Shown here piece after piece: positions 63,530-64,000 of a stretch of DNA of 64,000 bases; the stretch's first letter is position 1; each line of letters begins with the position of its first letter. The stretch is from Tubulanus polymorphus (taxonomy: Eukaryota > Animalia > Nemertea): NCBI RefSeq assembly GCF_964204645.1, contig NC_134035.1:1984001-2048000 (forward strand), in the 5' to 3' direction. A program made the translations under genes and the position numbers. Under the pieces are notes generated by a model. That model saw only the letters and a list, made by a program, of their open reading frames with translations, was not told where the DNA came from and did not search any database.

Positions 63530-64000
63530 TCAGCATTTCAACAACTGAACGAACTTTTCTCTAAATTGCTTGTTCACAATTATATAAATAATAAGATTTA
63601 TACAAGAATTGATGATCGATGTAACCAGATAGAATGTTAATACGTTTAAACCGCGCCCGAGGACGTAGCGTCCACCGATTTTACCGAGCAAACCTGGAAA
63701 TTCTAAAATCGTGAAAATGATACTCATTGTAAGCACCATTTTCGTGGCTTTTGCCATGCCCTTTTGCGGTTTCGGATCGCTAGTTGTGGCGGTCAGATCT
63801 TGCCTACGCGCCGTTTTAACGTGTTATACAATTAGAAGAGCTATATTCGCTACGAAAACTAATAGATTCGGTATGAAAATACGGAAGATCGGGTCGATGT
63901 ATCGGTTCATTAGTAGAAAGACACTGTCACGCGCAAATGATGCTTTGTAATGAGGACCGAGCTTCGATGTGGGCTGATAGATTACACGCATCGTGATCGG
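63530..64000 (-). pseudogene. 3' part (ECL2, TM5-TM7, helix 8) of a rhodopsin-class GPCR, peptide-receptor/chemoreceptor-like, with an in-frame TAA
   Basis: Frame reads ...YIDPIFRIFIPNLLVFVANIALLIV*HVKTARRQ...KATKMVLTMSIIFTILEFP...INSCINLIIYIIVNKQFREKF; TM7 NSCINxxIY and helix-8 FR motifs; stop at 63824-63826. Confidence 0.8.

Overview
AT-rich eukaryotic (metazoan, probably invertebrate; inferred) genomic DNA with no prokaryotic features. The ORF track is almost all spurious. Reading splice sites by hand reveals a large spliced gene on the + strand from before base 1 to a TAG at 19341. It has 34 visible exons. The first 30 are phase-0 and a multiple of 3 nt long, and 28 of those are 24-57 nt micro-exons. 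Together they give one stop-free ~676-aa frame: low-complexity Thr/Ala/Pro modules, a KH-like segment, two bipartite-NLS-like modules, an LRRSPRL motif and a Glu/Pro/Val-rich tail. Many micro-exons visibly arose by tandem duplication of one intron+exon cassette. Downstream: a 160-bp tandem array; a diverged inverted pair (20.9/23.4 kb); a scrambled, inverted pseudo-copy of the gene's 3' exons (24.3-26.2 kb); a hairpin/GATA satellite with a ~1008-bp higher-order repeat (26.9-32.4 kb); a 28-bp array; an array of 10+1 spliced-looking non-coding exons each holding a variable number of 29-bp repeats (34.8-42.9 kb); ~3.3-kb segmental duplications (46.5-58.1 kb), one carrying a poly(A)/TSD retro-insertion; MITEs; tRNA-derived SINE heads; a pure (CAG)70; a 3' L2/CR1 LINE fragment; and the 3' end of a class A GPCR with an in-frame stop. 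All gene models come from sequence inspection only, with no expression data.
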